DNA from: Lophium mytilinum
Lineage: Eukaryota
Length of the DNA stretch: 64,000 nucleotides
Assembly (NCBI GenBank): GCA_010093605.1
Contig: MU004184.1
Coordinates: forward strand, 382,801-446,800
Direction: 5' to 3'
The notes beneath the pieces are model-generated. The model saw only the letters and a program-made list of their open reading frames with translations. It searched no databases and was not told the origin of the DNA. The translations under genes and the position numbers were made by a program. Below, one piece after another: positions 62,450-64,000 of this stretch. Positions within the stretch are counted from its first letter, which is position 1, and every line of letters begins with the position of its first letter.

Positions 62450-63900
62450 GAAGGTTGACGCATCCTGCAGTTCATCAACGTCGCTCAGCTGTGAGCTGCT
62501 AGCAGCGTCCATTTCCTCGAGGATCTCGTGTGTAGTGACCAATTTGCTGATGCTGATCTTGTTTTCGCTTGCTCAAATTGTGCCAGGCGGGACGTTATGC
62601 CTTCCGGTCTGCTTCGCAGTAGCCTTGTTCGTCTTCTTCATGTTCCCGACAGGCGAAGCGGCGGTGATGTCCCTGCCTCCACAGCGACCACCACGGCTCG
62701 GTCGGCAATCACGGCGACTCTTGAGGATACCATGGAATGACTCCTTGCGTTTGCCGGTCGTTGTGGATGTAGGCGACGTGTTGTCTCCGCGGTCTGCACC
62801 CCCATGTGGGCCAATCCTCTTTCTGGAAGCTATGCTCCACAAAATCGGAGGCGCCTATGTCGGCAGCTCGAATTCCAAAGCGCTCGGCGTATCTGCGTGC
62901 TTTGTTTTTCTGATCGGATGGGATCCATGTATGAGACTGTTGCGGGACGGTCTGTTTTCGGAGGTGGCGTCGAGAGGATGCGGACGGCGATTCAGGGGGT
63001 TGAAGGGTCTTGTCGAGTACTCTAAGCTGCCAGTGCATCCATAAAGATGCATGGGATTTGTTCATTTCCAGCTCAACTTTTTTCTGCCCTGGCCCAGAGC
63101 CTAAGAGCGTTTCTTCCTCCGCGGTCGCAACAGGTTCTTCTTCCTTAAAAGTCAACAAAAGCAGTGGCCACCGCCCCCATTATCTCGCATTTTGTGAGGA
63201 CAAGACTATGCTTAGACGGCTCGGGTAGCTCCAAGCTTTCTTTGGTATCTTACAATGCTATGATGTTCTTGAAGTATTTTTACGTGATTCCCTGAAACAA
63301 ATTTAGCGAAAAGTCGCAGAAGCGTCGAATCAGCGGAAGTGAAGTCGACGGCGCCTGATGGCATTCCTCATGTAGCTTACCGGGAAGCTCTCATATTCTC
63401 CTGATCTCCGGACGTAGTGTGGAATCGAATGGACCATTCGTTCCCATTCGAGCCAGTTGTCAGATGGTTCTGAGCGGCGCTGACGGGAGAGCGATGAAGG
63501 GGGAGGCGTAGTTGCAGAAGAGAGGCGGGGAGAAGGGAGCCGAGGGCGGCACAGTAGCTCTGTAGTTGATATGGGCAATTCCCGGGCGGTGATGGATGTT
63601 GAGGTCTGGTGGCGTAAAATTCGTGGTGTTGCAACCGGTGGCTGAACCACGCAGTGGCTGATCAGGATTCAGCGCCAATGACGTCAACGCCCCCGAAGAC
63701 ATAGCTTTGCCAATGTAGAAGACCTATGCACAGCTGGATTGGGGTTCTATGTATGATATCGAAATGCCGGTCGCAGGTATGATATCGAAATGCCGGTCGC
63801 AGTAACAGGCGTCAATTTTTGTAGCGCCGGACGGCAGCTGGCCCTTGTAGAGCATGATTGGCCCCCGGAGGTTCCTCAACGCCTCGGAGGGGCCTGTGCG
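62450..63900 (-). pseudogene. Disrupted lineage-specific gene, family A copy 2
   Basis: GILKSRRDCRPSRGGRCGGRDITAASPVGNMKKTNKATAKQ (62588-62730) is collinear with 19180-19322; multiple frameshifts. Confidence 0.6.
63751..63802. repeat. Perfect 26-bp tandem duplication
   Basis: gtatgatatcgaaatgccggtcgcag x2. Confidence 0.95.
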
Positions 63901-64000
63901 TGGCGGAAAGCGCAGGCTTCTCGCATCGTGATGCTCTCTATGGTCTGATTCTGGAAGCGCCAGTTTTGGGGAGGTATGCCCTTGCAGTGGCGAGTTTAGG

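Noticed and set aside
10620..64000. Starship captain (DUF3435 tyrosine recombinase) or Helitron Rep/helicase as the capturing agent
   Set aside because: No long ORF or motif for either was recognised in this window; one could lie outside it.

Overview
Fungal (filamentous ascomycete, probably Dothideomycete) DNA with two compartments. Two AT-rich blocks wrecked by repeat-induced point mutation (RIP) lie at about 1-10620 and 31094-41942. The first holds a 5'-truncated Copia relic and unreadable intron-containing gene relics. The second holds a piggyBac relic with a complete chromodomain Ty3/Gypsy element inserted (202-bp LTRs, ATAAG target-site duplication). The GC-balanced blocks are gene-poor and resemble accessory/dispensable chromatin: mostly lightly RIP-damaged pseudogenes of lineage-specific families, several present twice in the window, plus a small island of apparently intact genes at about 49.8-54.4 kb (a BTB/POZ protein and coiled-coil/charged proteins). 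The most striking signal is a set of short (about 120-360 bp) fragments of conserved genes, all on the minus strand and three retaining introns: SUB2/UAP56, YRA1/ALY, GBP2/HRB1, CUS2/Tat-SF1, Argonaute, a probable Rco1-like piece and PHO85. An apparently intact, co-oriented U6 snRNA gene with full Pol III signals and a CACAGAGA (not UACAGAGA) box sits among them. The fragments are skewed toward mRNP export, splicing and RNA silencing. A 98-bp six-unit non-coding tandem array and a duplicated coding module whose silent-site pattern switches frame are also unexplained. All protein identifications are from motif recognition by eye; no database searches were run.
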